64,000 nucleotides of DNA, taken from IMG/VR virus record IMGVR_UViG_3300012153_000089, positions 1-64,000 of that record. One strand, written 5' to 3'. This document shows, in pieces, positions 47,429-56,038 of this stretch (position 1 is the first letter of the stretch; each line of letters opens with the position of its first letter). The stretch is from a virus. Its lineage: Duplodnaviria; Heunggongvirae; Uroviricota; Caudoviricetes. Made by a program: the position numbers and the translations under genes. Below the pieces are notes generated by a model. It did no database searches. It saw only the letters and a list, made by a program, of their open reading frames with translations, and was not told where the DNA came from.

Positions 47429-47611
47429 TTACTTGGACTCTAATTTTTCTTCCAGTTCACTAATTCTCTCTTCAAGTTTTTCTATATATTCTGCCATGTC
47501 TTGAATGAATTCACACATCTTTTTAGCATCTCCAACATATAGATGTGTGTCTCTGTGATAATCGTCCAAGTCATACCTCTTGTACCGTTCAACTTCTTCT
47601 GTAATATTCAT
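47429..47611 (-). CDS. hypothetical protein (60 aa)
   Basis: packed ORF. Confidence 0.4.
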   Translation of the reverse strand: MNITEEVERYKRYDLDDYHRDTHLYVGDAKKMCEFIQDMAEYIEKLEERISELEEKLESK

Positions 47612-47647
47612 GCTCTCACTCCTCTTTTCATAATCAAACTACTCTTT

Positions 47648-47806
47648 ATTTTTTATCTGTACCTTGAATCACAGAAGGCTTGATGAATAGCAATTGGTTC
47701 CTCTTTGTTGTAGTCCTTGATTTCTTCAGATTCTTTACCTAGGATTATAGGTCTTGTAATAACAGCGTCTCTCACTACCTTTTTTAATACTTTGATTTCA
47801 TTCATT
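47648..47806 (-). CDS. small hypothetical protein (52 aa, below cutoff)
   Basis: AAGGGG SD. Conserved leader element GTCTTTCACGGAGAAAGG. Coordinates approximate. Confidence 0.35.
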
Positions 47807-47858
47807 TTTAATTTTCCCCTTTCTCCGTGAAAGACTAATTTTACTTTCTCTTATTACC

Positions 47859-47886
47859 ATTATAATCCTTTAATCATCCTGTTCAA
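47859..47886 (-). promoter_or_regulatory. sigma-A promoter TTGAAC-16-TATAAT
   Basis: hexamers read on the gene strand. Lies between element copy 6 (47952-47969) and the small gene at 47806. Confidence 0.5.
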
Positions 47887-48000
47887 CACAATATCGTATG
47901 TATAAAAGAACTGCGTCTCTTGTCGTTAACAACATATAACTTTTTATTTGTTAATGTTATTTTATTATCTTTATTCTTAAAAGTCAAGTAACAAATCACT

Positions 48001-48438
48001 TCATGTCTTAGTTAAATCTATTTTCATGTAGTCAGCCAACATAACTAATACATCTGTTCTAACCCTGCTCATTAGTGGATTCATTTGATGCTGATATTTA
48101 CGGATTGAGTAGGAAATAAACAAATTGTCTTTAGTTCTTCTCTGTTCGATAATTTTAATGTCACGGTCTCTTAGTGTTTTCTTCAGCTCATATATATCAG
48201 CGGTTATTCTATCTTGTAATGCACTCAAATATGATTTTAATTCTTTTTTTAATATGACACTGCTCTCATCTATCCTCTTCTTGTCTTCCTCTATTACATC
48301 TAACAGTAATGGCATCTCAGCGTATTTTTTCACCAACTCCAACTCTTCAGCACTTTGTTTCATTATTCTAATCCTCCTCCCGATAATCTGACAGCAACTA
48401 AACTCTTTATGTCGATCCATTCGTGCCCATTTTCCCAT
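48001..48438 (-). CDS. hypothetical coiled-coil protein (145 aa)
   Basis: packed ORF. Confidence 0.5.
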   Translation of the reverse strand: MGKWARMDRHKEFSCCQIIGRRIRIMKQSAEELELVKKYAEMPLLLDVIEEDKKRIDESSVILKKELKSYLSALQDRITADIYELKKTLRDRDIKIIEQRRTKDNLFISYSIRKYQHQMNPLMSRVRTDVLVMLADYMKIDLTKT

Positions 48439-48713
48439 TCGATTCTAATCTTCTTTCCTAACTCATTAACCTTTGAAACAATCCCACTTACAGCTCGTTT
48501 CGAATTCGATTCAAAAATCTCAAAGTACGCTTCTTCAGTATATCTATATGATATTCCTATGTTTTGATAAATTACTTCCCATTCGTCCTCGTGTAGAAGT
48601 GGTTTAGTTAAATCGTTATCTCTTGAACGATGTTCAATGATTCTTTCTTTATGTTGTGGCAGCATCATACGACTTGATTCCCACAGCCCATTTGCCTCCA
48701 GCTTTTTGCTCAT
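48363..48713 (-). CDS. yolD: YolD-like protein (partner of the Y-family polymerase)
   Basis: 116 aa, immediately downstream of and overlapping the uvrX-like gene, as in the B. subtilis uvrX-yolD and yqjW-yqjX pairs. The call rests on synteny and size. Confidence 0.55.
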   Translation of the reverse strand: MSKKLEANGLWESSRMMLPQHKERIIEHRSRDNDLTKPLLHEDEWEVIYQNIGISYRYTEEAYFEIFESNSKRAVSGIVSKVNELGKKIRIEWENGHEWIDIKSLVAVRLSGGGLE

Positions 48714-49951
48714 TTATAGTGCCCCCCAATTTTATTTGATCTGTCGATGGCCTGACCAGCAGAGGTAATTGAACTTGCTCTAAGTATGGCTATGTCGCCA
48801 TATCGATCCTTGATGTCATCCATTACCTTATCAATTGCTCTCTTCTGTTCTTGGTCATCAAATAAAGACAGTTGATAAGTCTCAGCATTGGAGAGGTTGG
48901 ACAAAGATACCCCAACTCGTCTTACAGGTTGACCGTCCCAATGATGTCGGAATATTTGTTTAGCTATCTTACACACATCAACTGTTATGTTTGTGGGATC
49001 TTGAAGTTTAACCTGTCTGCTGAATCCGGTTGGATGATCAAAATCTGCACCAGATAAACTCATCGTGACCACGCTACCCATCAACCCCTTTTTCCGGGCA
49101 CGTCTGCAAACCTCAGTACAGATGTCTTGAATGACTACTTCAATCTCCCAAGCTTCAGAATAATCCCTAGGCAGCGTCATACCGTTCCCTATATCCTTTT
49201 GTACACTATGAGTATTAATTGTTACTGGAGAGTCATCCAGTCCATTTGCTACTCTCCAAATAACCTCTCCGTTTACGCCCCATTTGCTTCTCAATTTGGA
49301 CAGAGGTGTATCGGCAAGCTGTTTTATTGTTCGAATTCCCATTTTCCATAAATGTTTTTCCATCCTAGAACCAATACCCCACATATCCCGGATTGGCTTA
49401 TCACCTATGCGCTGGTGAAGCTCCTCTTTTTTAAGAAAGAATACTCCACCTTCAATTTTCTTCGCGATCATATCACAGCAAAGCTTACTCATCACCTTGT
49501 TGGTTGATATACCTGCTCTTGCATAGACTCCCGTTTCATTGTAAATCTTGTCTTGAATCTGCTTTGCTAAATCAATGGGATCATTGCCAAAAAGGTGTAG
49601 TGATCCTGACACGTCCGCGAAAAGTTCGTCGATGCTATAGGGTTCCACTAAGTCAGTAAACTCCTCAATAATGGACATAATTTGAGTTGAAACTTCGATG
49701 TATTCCTGCATATGCGGTCTTACGATAATCAGTTCAGGACACTTTTGAAGTGACTGCCATAATGGTTCAGCGGTTGACACGCCTTTTGCTTTAGCTAAAG
49801 GACATGCAGCAAGTATTATTCCCGATCGTCTTGCTGGATCTCCTGCAACTGCCAATGGTTTGTCTTTATATTGTGGCATTTTAGCCTTTTCAACACTGGC
49901 ATAAAACGACTGCATGTCAATTAACATTATAGTCCGCTCTTTTTTAGCCAT
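48710..49951 (-). CDS. uvrX: Y-family (UmuC/DinB/UvrX-like) translesion DNA polymerase
   Basis: IMLIDMQSFYASVE hallmark. Probable start MAKKERTIML (ATG 49951, GGGAGTGA SD). The ORF-track start at 50005 lies inside the LexA box. Confidence 0.85.
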   Translation of the reverse strand: MAKKERTIMLIDMQSFYASVEKAKMPQYKDKPLAVAGDPARRSGIILAACPLAKAKGVSTAEPLWQSLQKCPELIIVRPHMQEYIEVSTQIMSIIEEFTDLVEPYSIDELFADVSGSLHLFGNDPIDLAKQIQDKIYNETGVYARAGISTNKVMSKLCCDMIAKKIEGGVFFLKKEELHQRIGDKPIRDMWGIGSRMEKHLWKMGIRTIKQLADTPLSKLRSKWGVNGEVIWRVANGLDDSPVTINTHSVQKDIGNGMTLPRDYSEAWEIEVVIQDICTEVCRRARKKGLMGSVVTMSLSGADFDHPTGFSRQVKLQDPTNITVDVCKIAKQIFRHHWDGQPVRRVGVSLSNLSNAETYQLSLFDDQEQKRAIDKVMDDIKDRYGDIAILRASSITSAGQAIDRSNKIGGHYK

Positions 49952-49976
49952 TATTCTCACTCCCGTATTCATATAA

Positions 49977-49989
49977 GAACATTTGTTTG
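49977..49989. promoter_or_regulatory. LexA (Cheo) box GAACATTTGTTTG
   Basis: 7 of 8 matches to the GAAC-N4-GTTC core, upstream of uvrX-like. Confidence 0.5.
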
Positions 49990-50005
49990 TATTAGTATTA
50001 TACAC

Positions 50006-50019
50006 CGAACAGACGTTCT
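50006..50019. promoter_or_regulatory. LexA (Cheo) box CGAACAGACGTTCT overlapping the uvrX promoter
   Basis: perfect GAAC-N4-GTTC with flanking C and T. Sits in the spacer of a TTGCAT...TATAAT promoter. Confidence 0.65.
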
Positions 50020-50115
50020 TTATGCAACAGGAAATTTTTATAAGCGACTTTAATCATCTAGAGGTATAATGAACTTTGAGAAATTAACTATATTACACGG
50101 GGAGAGTTTTAAAAT

Positions 50116-50601
50116 ATGAAGGATAAAGTAAGAGGCTTAGTTGTTGGTATTCTGATTGGTTCAACAATTACAGGCGCAACAGCTTTTGCAGCAAGTGGGA
50201 CATCGATTAAGGCAGTAATTCAGAAGGTTAACTTATATGTAGATGGGACAAAGAAAACAACAGCAAACGCGATTACATACAATAACACTACATATGTACC
50301 AGTTAGAAGTATGAGCAGTGCATTGGGGCAAAACGTAGCTTTAAGCGATAATAACCTTTATATCGGGAAGATTCCTAAGTTAAACATTACAGAAAAAGAA
50401 GCAGTCAAACTTGTTAAGAACAAATATGGCTACAACAGTTCATATTTGATTGTTGAAGTTGACAATGAAGTAGATAATCAATATGTTGTTCATGTTTATG
50501 AAATAGTTATTGATGATGAGAAAACTGGAGAAGGTCATACAGCAACATATGGTTGGTATTATGTCGATAAATCAAGCGGGAAAATATCATCAATGTTCTA
50601 A
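50116..50601 (+). CDS. secreted protein with copper-amine-oxidase-N (stalk) and PepSY-like domains; moron on the opposite strand
   Basis: signal peptide MKDKVRGLVVGILIGSTITGATAFA-ASG, stalk-domain segment LYVDGTKK...YVPVRSMSSALG, and its own TATAAT promoter and terminator. Confidence 0.6.
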   Translation: MKDKVRGLVVGILIGSTITGATAFAASGTSIKAVIQKVNLYVDGTKKTTANAITYNNTTYVPVRSMSSALGQNVALSDNNLYIGKIPKLNITEKEAVKLVKNKYGYNSSYLIVEVDNEVDNQYVVHVYEIVIDDEKTGEGHTATYGWYYVDKSSGKISSMF

Positions 50602-50602
50602 A

Positions 50603-50636
50603 CAAAAAAAGGGCTCTTTAATGAGCCCCTTCTTTG
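50603..50636. terminator. bidirectional rho-independent terminator (GGGCTC-tttaat-GAGCCC flanked by A- and T-tracts)
   Basis: sits between the convergent genes at 50116..50601 (+) and 50658..50882 (-). Confidence 0.7.
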
Positions 50637-50657
50637 TAAAACTTGTCTTTCATCAAA

Positions 50658-50882
50658 TCATAGAAACTCAACTGCCTTGACAATTCGATTAACGATATCA
50701 AGTGGAGTAAATCGATGTCCATCATCTGAAACATAGAAAACTCCTTTTCCTGCTTGTGTAGCAATTGCTGTCAAAACAACCTCGCCTTGAGTGAAGGATG
50801 GATATCCATAAACGAATAACCCCACTACTTTAATTTTCGTACCCACAGCGCGCTCGTTTAAAAGATCTTCTAGTTTTTTCAT
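50658..50882 (-). CDS. hypothetical protein (74 aa)
   Basis: AGAGGAG SD. Confidence 0.5.
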   Translation of the reverse strand: MKKLEDLLNERAVGTKIKVVGLFVYGYPSFTQGEVVLTAIATQAGKGVFYVSDDGHRFTPLDIVNRIVKAVEFL

Positions 50883-51388
50883 CAGTATCGCTCCTCTTTT
50901 TTTAATATCTTAATCTTATACTCTTTACAGGTGTTCAACAAAGCAGTCAGAAGTAAGTCTAATTAGAATCATAAAAGGAGAAACATAATAGTACACTTTT
51001 ATCTATATTAATCTTAGAATTTAGCCAATTTTCGCATGAAAGCGTCCATTTTTGCCTTAACCGTTAAATCTATATGTAATATCTAATTCAAAGTCATGCT
51101 GCGGTTTCAAATTGTAAAGCGTCTTGCCTACTTTACGTACATGTCTACAGCAATTACCTGTCTCTCCTCTAAATAATATTGAATCGTTGTAGCACTGCAA
51201 TTAAAACAAATGATATCATCATCACATAAAAATATGCCTTATGCGAAAATTTTGATTTGTTAGTGAAACTTATAAAACGGCTCGGTAGATATATTAACAC
51301 CATCGTTCCCAACATACCTAAGGCTGCATTGAAGAAATTAATCAGAATCTATATCTCCTTTCTCTTCGAAATGTTCATTTTATCAAAA

Positions 51389-51616
51389 TCAACGCATGTC
51401 TTCGCGCTGCTCAATATATCCTTTGAAATACTCCCAATTTCTATCTAATTCATTTATATTGTTGGATATGTATCTCTCTGCAACTCCATCTTCAACAAGT
51501 CCCTGATCAGACATTTGAAACATTATCTCAATTTTGCTCACCATCTCTAAAAAATTTTGAGCATATCCTTTTGCATGATTTAGTCGATATTGATTCAGAC
51601 CATGTTTACCTTTCAT
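51389..51616 (-). CDS. hypothetical protein (75 aa)
   Basis: packed ORF. Confidence 0.45.
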   Translation of the reverse strand: MKGKHGLNQYRLNHAKGYAQNFLEMVSKIEIMFQMSDQGLVEDGVAERYISNNINELDRNWEYFKGYIEQREDMR

Positions 51617-51649
51617 TGGCTGTCTTCTTCCTCTCTTAGCGTTTTTTGT

Positions 51650-51817
51650 TTAAACTAAAGCATTGATAATACTCTTGGCAACTTCTGAAATGCAAACAGG
51701 ACAAATATGGTGTGGTTTTTCTTTATCACTGAGACCCAATATAAACATTGCTTCTTGTCCACATTCGCAATATTCACCTGTTCCTCTGGGTGGATCGACA
51801 ACATATATATTTCTCAT
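51650..51817 (-). CDS. zinc-ribbon small protein (about 55 aa, below cutoff)
   Basis: CECGQEA...CPVC. Coordinates approximate. Confidence 0.35.
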   Translation of the reverse strand: MRNIYVVDPPRGTGEYCECGQEAMFILGLSDKEKPHHICPVCISEVAKSIINALV

Positions 51818-51841
51818 AGATTTCTCCTTAAAATATGTATT

Positions 51842-52195
51842 TCATTCAATTACTGATATCTTAATCTCTTTTCCTTTTAGACGATCTAGAATTACCCCAA
51901 TTGAAGTGCTTCCAATAATGTGATCTGTAACAATGCCTCTTGAAGGTGTAACTTTACCTGTGTACTGAACATTACCTGAGAAATCTTCGTCATCAATGAC
52001 TATGGATTTTCCATTTTGTTTATCCAGCTCATTTGCCACTTGATTAAATTCATTGGCGATACTTCTGAGATCCCCGGCACTCCATGTGTTATTCGTTAAA
52101 CTAATCTTGCTAACAAGTCGATGTGGGAATCCTGTTTGTTTTACTATTTTTCCTTTTATAAATCTACCCTCAACTTTAATCTCATTACTAAACAA
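51842..52195 (-). CDS. hypothetical protein (about 117 aa; start uncertain)
   Basis: the long ORF to 52288 overlaps the upstream gene. GAGGAGG SD precedes ATG 52204 and TTG 52195. Confidence 0.45.
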   Translation of the reverse strand: MFSNEIKVEGRFIKGKIVKQTGFPHRLVSKISLTNNTWSAGDLRSIANEFNQVANELDKQNGKSIVIDDEDFSGNVQYTGKVTPSRGIVTDHIIGSTSIGVILDRLKGKEIKISVIE

Positions 52196-52775
52196 GCGCA
52201 GCATCCTCCTCAGATACCCATTCAAGATAATTGGTATGATTTCGATCCTTCTTATGTTTGAAGCCCAACTTCTCCAAAACATAATCATAGAAAGGCTTAT
52301 AGTTATAGTTGTCAGTTCTGATATCTTTAGTTAAGTATGGTGACGTATCAGAAGGGTGCTTATAATAATGAACCCTTAAATAATATCGTTCCCCATAATT
52401 ATCTCCTCCAAGTACTCTTATACACAATACAGCATATTTATTTTCTGATTGAGGAATCCAAACGTAGTGATGAGAATGAAAACTACCATCTGGATCATTT
52501 CTTAACTTCTCAATCTGATAAAGACATTCATCTCTAACTTCATATGTATATCGTTCATTGTCAGGAGCATAGTTAAAACTCTTCGGGATTTCGTATTGAA
52601 CACCATTAATATCTACTGTTTTAAGTTTACTATTTAATCGTCGTTCTTCCTCTTCAATCTTATGCTTTAACTTGTACATTTCTTCACTAATACCCTTTTT
52701 TGCTGTTTTGCTATTTACATTTCCGTAATCCATTTTTGCTTGTTCGTACTCGTTCTTCATTTCTACTAGCTCCAT
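52188..52775 (-). CDS. hypothetical protein (195 aa)
   Basis: N-terminal coiled coil, His-rich segment SFHSHHY. Confidence 0.5.
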   Translation of the reverse strand: MELVEMKNEYEQAKMDYGNVNSKTAKKGISEEMYKLKHKIEEEERRLNSKLKTVDINGVQYEIPKSFNYAPDNERYTYEVRDECLYQIEKLRNDPDGSFHSHHYVWIPQSENKYAVLCIRVLGGDNYGERYYLRVHYYKHPSDTSPYLTKDIRTDNYNYKPFYDYVLEKLGFKHKKDRNHTNYLEWVSEEDAALV

Positions 52776-52808
52776 TTTCTGCCTCCTTATTGTTCTCTTT
52801 GAATTTGA

Positions 52809-53063
52809 TTAGATCAACTCAACAATGATTTTTCGAATGGCTTTTGGCTCCAAACAATCTCCATAGAAGTCCCATGAAGTATTTTCATCCATTAATTCAT
52901 TAAACATGTGTTCTGCAAACTCTCTCTCCATTTTCTCAGCTTGATAGAAATAATCCTGTTTAAATGATCCTACATGGATATCAGTGTCTGACTCTTGTGT
53001 AAATTGAACAAATTCACCATTTTTCAGTTCAATCAAAAATTTCTCAACTTTCATATATGCCAA
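52809..53063 (-). CDS. hypothetical acidic protein (84 aa)
   Basis: packed ORF. Confidence 0.45.
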   Translation of the reverse strand: MAYMKVEKFLIELKNGEFVQFTQESDTDIHVGSFKQDYFYQAEKMEREFAEHMFNELMDENTSWDFYGDCLEPKAIRKIIVELI

Positions 53064-53154
53064 TCTCCCTTATACTCTTATTTTCTCTCATTTACTGCAT
53101 CATTCATTGACTGATTTCTTTATGAAACACGCATTTCGTATGCTTTCTACTTTT

Positions 53155-53460
53155 CTATTCATTGACATTAAGACTTATAGAATGTGATCCATAGCCATCA
53201 TCTCTGAGCACTGCCTCTTCGAATACTCCTCCGTCATGTATCTCGTTGGTGTCACACCATATCTCAACGATCTTTCTGCCTTTAAACTTATTTAATTTTG
53301 TCCATACTTCTCTCGTATCGGTATCTGTAGTAATTCGGCAACCATCATCACATGATGTTATATTTATAATTTGTAAATTATTCATATGTTCATTTTCTGG
53401 CGGTAACGATATTTGTCTAAATCCAGATTGATAGATAAAGAATAGCGGTTTCTCAGTCAT
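53155..53460 (-). CDS. hypothetical protein (101 aa)
   Basis: packed ORF. Confidence 0.45.
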   Translation of the reverse strand: MTEKPLFFIYQSGFRQISLPPENEHMNNLQIINITSCDDGCRITTDTDTREVWTKLNKFKGRKIVEIWCDTNEIHDGGVFEEAVLRDDGYGSHSISLNVNE

Positions 53461-53509
53461 TGTTATCTCCTCTTTCTAATTGAAATAGACCTTTCATATG
53501 GTATTACAC

Positions 53510-53770
53510 TCAAACTTTATCATGTCGATTTCTCACAAAACAATCTCTTAAACATTTGTTTATTCTGGTCTCAATGTCCAAGTCATTATCTTCCCATTGA
53601 TTTTGATAGATATTTCTCCAACCTATAAACCATTTATACTTTTCAAAAATCTTCAGTTTATAGACGGTTTTATAGTAACTGACTCCACTAATTCTTTGTG
53701 TGTTTACACGTTGTTCTTTAATTTCAAGTCTGTAGTTCTTTCCATTTTCGTTCCAATGTTTTTTGTACAT
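53510..53770 (-). CDS. hypothetical protein (86 aa)
   Basis: packed ORF. Confidence 0.45.
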   Translation of the reverse strand: MYKKHWNENGKNYRLEIKEQRVNTQRISGVSYYKTVYKLKIFEKYKWFIGWRNIYQNQWEDNDLDIETRINKCLRDCFVRNRHDKV

Positions 53771-54143
53771 TTTCTCGTTTCTCCTTTAGTACTGTCATAT
53801 CATATCCAGACTCAATGAATCGAATTGTCTTGTTTCTGTTACAATCATTCCCTAAGTATGTATAAATCTCATCCATATCTTCATAAGTGAAACTTGTCTC
53901 CAAATACTCATTGATGATTGCCCTGAATCTCTTTTGCCAATACAAACTAACTCCCTTGCAGCTTGGTCTTGAAAGCCACGCCAACACTTTTCGCTTAATG
54001 TCAAAATCAGACTCCACATCGCTGAGTAAAAAATAAATATTATTTTTGGGTTCTATGATTAGCTCAAACTTAGAGTTGATGAAACAGTTGGGAGAGTGTC
54101 GTTCTGCAATTCTCATAAACTTTTGAATTTCAAATAGATTCAT
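53724..54143 (-). CDS. hypothetical protein (139 aa)
   Basis: packed ORF. Confidence 0.5.
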   Translation of the reverse strand: MNLFEIQKFMRIAERHSPNCFINSKFELIIEPKNNIYFLLSDVESDFDIKRKVLAWLSRPSCKGVSLYWQKRFRAIINEYLETSFTYEDMDEIYTYLGNDCNRNKTIRFIESGYDMTVLKEKRENVQKTLERKWKELQT

Positions 54144-54149
54144 ATACTC

Positions 54150-54605
54150 TTATGGCTCCCATCTGTACAATGTCACTTCATAATCACTGAACACTTCTTC
54201 AATAATTCCATAAACAACTTTCCAGTTTCCATTAGCTAATCCACAACCAATGTTGTATGGCAATGCAACTGAATAACCAAACTTTTTAGCACGTATTTTC
54301 AATGAATCAAGCGCAGCCCTCAATGCATCATAATCTGTGTATACAATGTTCTTATTTCTTCCGTATGTAGTTTGTCCGAATAAATTTGCTATAACTCTCT
54401 TTTCATTTACCTTAGTCGTCCAACATAGCCCCAGTAATCTATCACCATATTCGTGACATGCTAACTGGTAAAACGGATAAGCATCTGGGTACTTCTGTTT
54501 AATTGCTTTAGCTATTCCTGAGCCCCATACACCCTTTGTATTTGTTTGATGTCCTATAATGTCCTCTGTTGCATTGAGTAAATCTCCATCAATTACTTTT
54601 ATCAT
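54150..54605 (-). CDS. macro-domain protein (ADP-ribose binding or processing)
   Basis: 151 aa. DIIGHQTNTKGVWGSGIAKAI parallels the macro-domain DIIVNAAN...GGGV motif. Confidence 0.7.
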   Translation of the reverse strand: MIKVIDGDLLNATEDIIGHQTNTKGVWGSGIAKAIKQKYPDAYPFYQLACHEYGDRLLGLCWTTKVNEKRVIANLFGQTTYGRNKNIVYTDYDALRAALDSLKIRAKKFGYSVALPYNIGCGLANGNWKVVYGIIEEVFSDYEVTLYRWEP

Positions 54606-54826
54606 TCTAATTCCTCCAATGCTCCTTCTAAGCTTTCGATTTCGCCCCAGCCATATTTATAATAGAAATTCTGACTATTGTCATGACTGTCAATGTATAG
54701 CTCGTAGTAGTCTTCACCTTCTTCGTTGCAGCCATTCGACCACCACAAATCTACAACTTCGTGATTTGTTCTAAAACTTACGATGTGTCTAGTTACTTCT
54801 GGCAGTCCATTCAACTCAATAAACAT
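54602..54826 (-). CDS. hypothetical protein (74 aa)
   Basis: 4-nt overlap with the macro-domain gene. Confidence 0.45.
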   Translation of the reverse strand: MFIELNGLPEVTRHIVSFRTNHEVVDLWWSNGCNEEGEDYYELYIDSHDNSQNFYYKYGWGEIESLEGALEELE

Positions 54827-54855
54827 ATTCTTCTCCTTTCTCCATGAAACGTGCC

Positions 54856-55029
54856 TTTTACTTAGAGTAGTGTATATTTAAAATCTTCAATATTTTCTCT
54901 GCCTCTTCTTCATTATAAAAAGTTGCTACTAGTTGATCCTGTGTGTCATGATCGCGGAAAGTTCCTTCTTTTTCATAAAGTTCGATCTCACCTTTTCTAC
55001 TTATTTCAATAAAATATAAATCATTCATG
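54856..55029 (-). CDS. small hypothetical protein (57 aa, below cutoff)
   Basis: AAGGGTGA SD at 6 nt. Coordinates approximate. Confidence 0.35.
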
Positions 55030-55087
55030 AGCATCACCCTTTTTCATAGTGTTTCTTGCAATGTTATCAAGAGTAGGTGAGATAACT

Positions 55088-55243
55088 AGATGCCTAAAAT
55101 GTCCTCTAAACTAATTTCTCGCTTTCCATTTCCAATAACTATGTAAAACCCGGGGTTGTCTGATTTCTCTTCTACAGTAGCTCCATGTGACTTTGCCAGT
55201 TGAATAATTTCCTCATTAGATAACTCAATCTCATTTTTCACTT
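55088..55243 (-). CDS. small hypothetical protein (51 aa, GTG start, below cutoff)
   Basis: GGAGGT SD at 7 nt. Coordinates approximate. Confidence 0.3.
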
Positions 55244-55284
55244 GGTTACCTCCATTCTAATTTTGATAAAACAGATCTTTTACT

Positions 55285-55755
55285 TCAACTTTCATCTTCA
55301 AGTTCCCAATTTGCTTCGACATAAATATTATATTTTTGGTAGATAGCAACTTGTACCTCTGCTAAAAGTCTTCCTAGCTTTGGATGATCTTCACCAAAGG
55401 TCACAGTAAAGTAAAATAGTCCATTTAACATTTTAAAATTTACTGATTTTGCTCCTTCTATGTTGGCAAACATAGAGGCAACTTTATCAATTTTTGAAGA
55501 GAACTTTTGGCTTTTTATTTTCGCCTTGTTCAACGCTTGAGATGCTCCAACTAATATCTCACACCATTCCTCTAAGATATGTTGAACCCAATATTCTGGA
55601 GGATAGTGTCCAATAAAATCTGGATCTTCTTTTAACATTTCATTAAACGACGACTTATGTACTAAGGGAATAACCAATTCTTTTTCAAGAAGAAGGGTGT
55701 CTTGCATATACTCTATAACGAGATCATCATAAGTTCTTGCTTTTAATTCGCTCAA
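55285..55755 (-). CDS. hypothetical protein (156 aa)
   Basis: TTG start. Confidence 0.5.
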   Translation of the reverse strand: MSELKARTYDDLVIEYMQDTLLLEKELVIPLVHKSSFNEMLKEDPDFIGHYPPEYWVQHILEEWCEILVGASQALNKAKIKSQKFSSKIDKVASMFANIEGAKSVNFKMLNGLFYFTVTFGEDHPKLGRLLAEVQVAIYQKYNIYVEANWELEDES

Positions 55756-55758
55756 ATT

Positions 55759-55914
55759 TTATTCATTCTCCTTTAAGACTCTGAAGATTTCAGGATACAT
55801 ATATATAATCACATCTATTATTTCGATTTGTTTTTTCTTGCTATTTCTACTTATAGCCTCAACACTTTCTCTATTGCCAACTTCTACATTTAATTCTTTA
55901 GCAAGCATCAGCAT
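55759..55914 (-). CDS. small hypothetical protein (about 50 aa, below cutoff)
   Basis: coordinates approximate. Confidence 0.3.
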   Translation of the reverse strand: MLMLAKELNVEVGNRESVEAISRNSKKKQIEIIDVIIYMYPEIFRVLKENE

Positions 55915-55959
55915 CCTTTCAATCCGATCTTGACCCAACTATGTATCGCATCCTCTCTA

Positions 55960-56003
55960 ATAAAAAAGGTGATATAACAACTCGTTAAAGTCATCATATC
56001 ACC
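55960..56003 (-). terminator. terminator-like hairpin (GGUGAUAU...AUAUCACC followed by UUUUUU) overlapping promoter copy 7
   Basis: 8-bp stem, 20-nt loop, T-tract. Confidence 0.45.
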
Positions 56004-56037
56004 ATAATATATAGATGTAAAGTGTTATTTTATCATT
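55993..56037 (-). promoter_or_regulatory. conserved element plus sigma-A promoter (TTTACA-17-TGaTATGAT), copy 7
   Basis: plus-strand AAGTGTTATTTTATCATT at 56019-56037, immediately 3' of the 56039 gene stop. Confidence 0.55.
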
Positions 56038-56038
56038 A

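Noticed and set aside
51257-51448. Plus-strand ORF 51257..51448 and its 57-aa antisense partner in the ORF-poor region
   Set aside because: Neither has an SD, and the products are low complexity. The region is reported instead as possibly non-coding.
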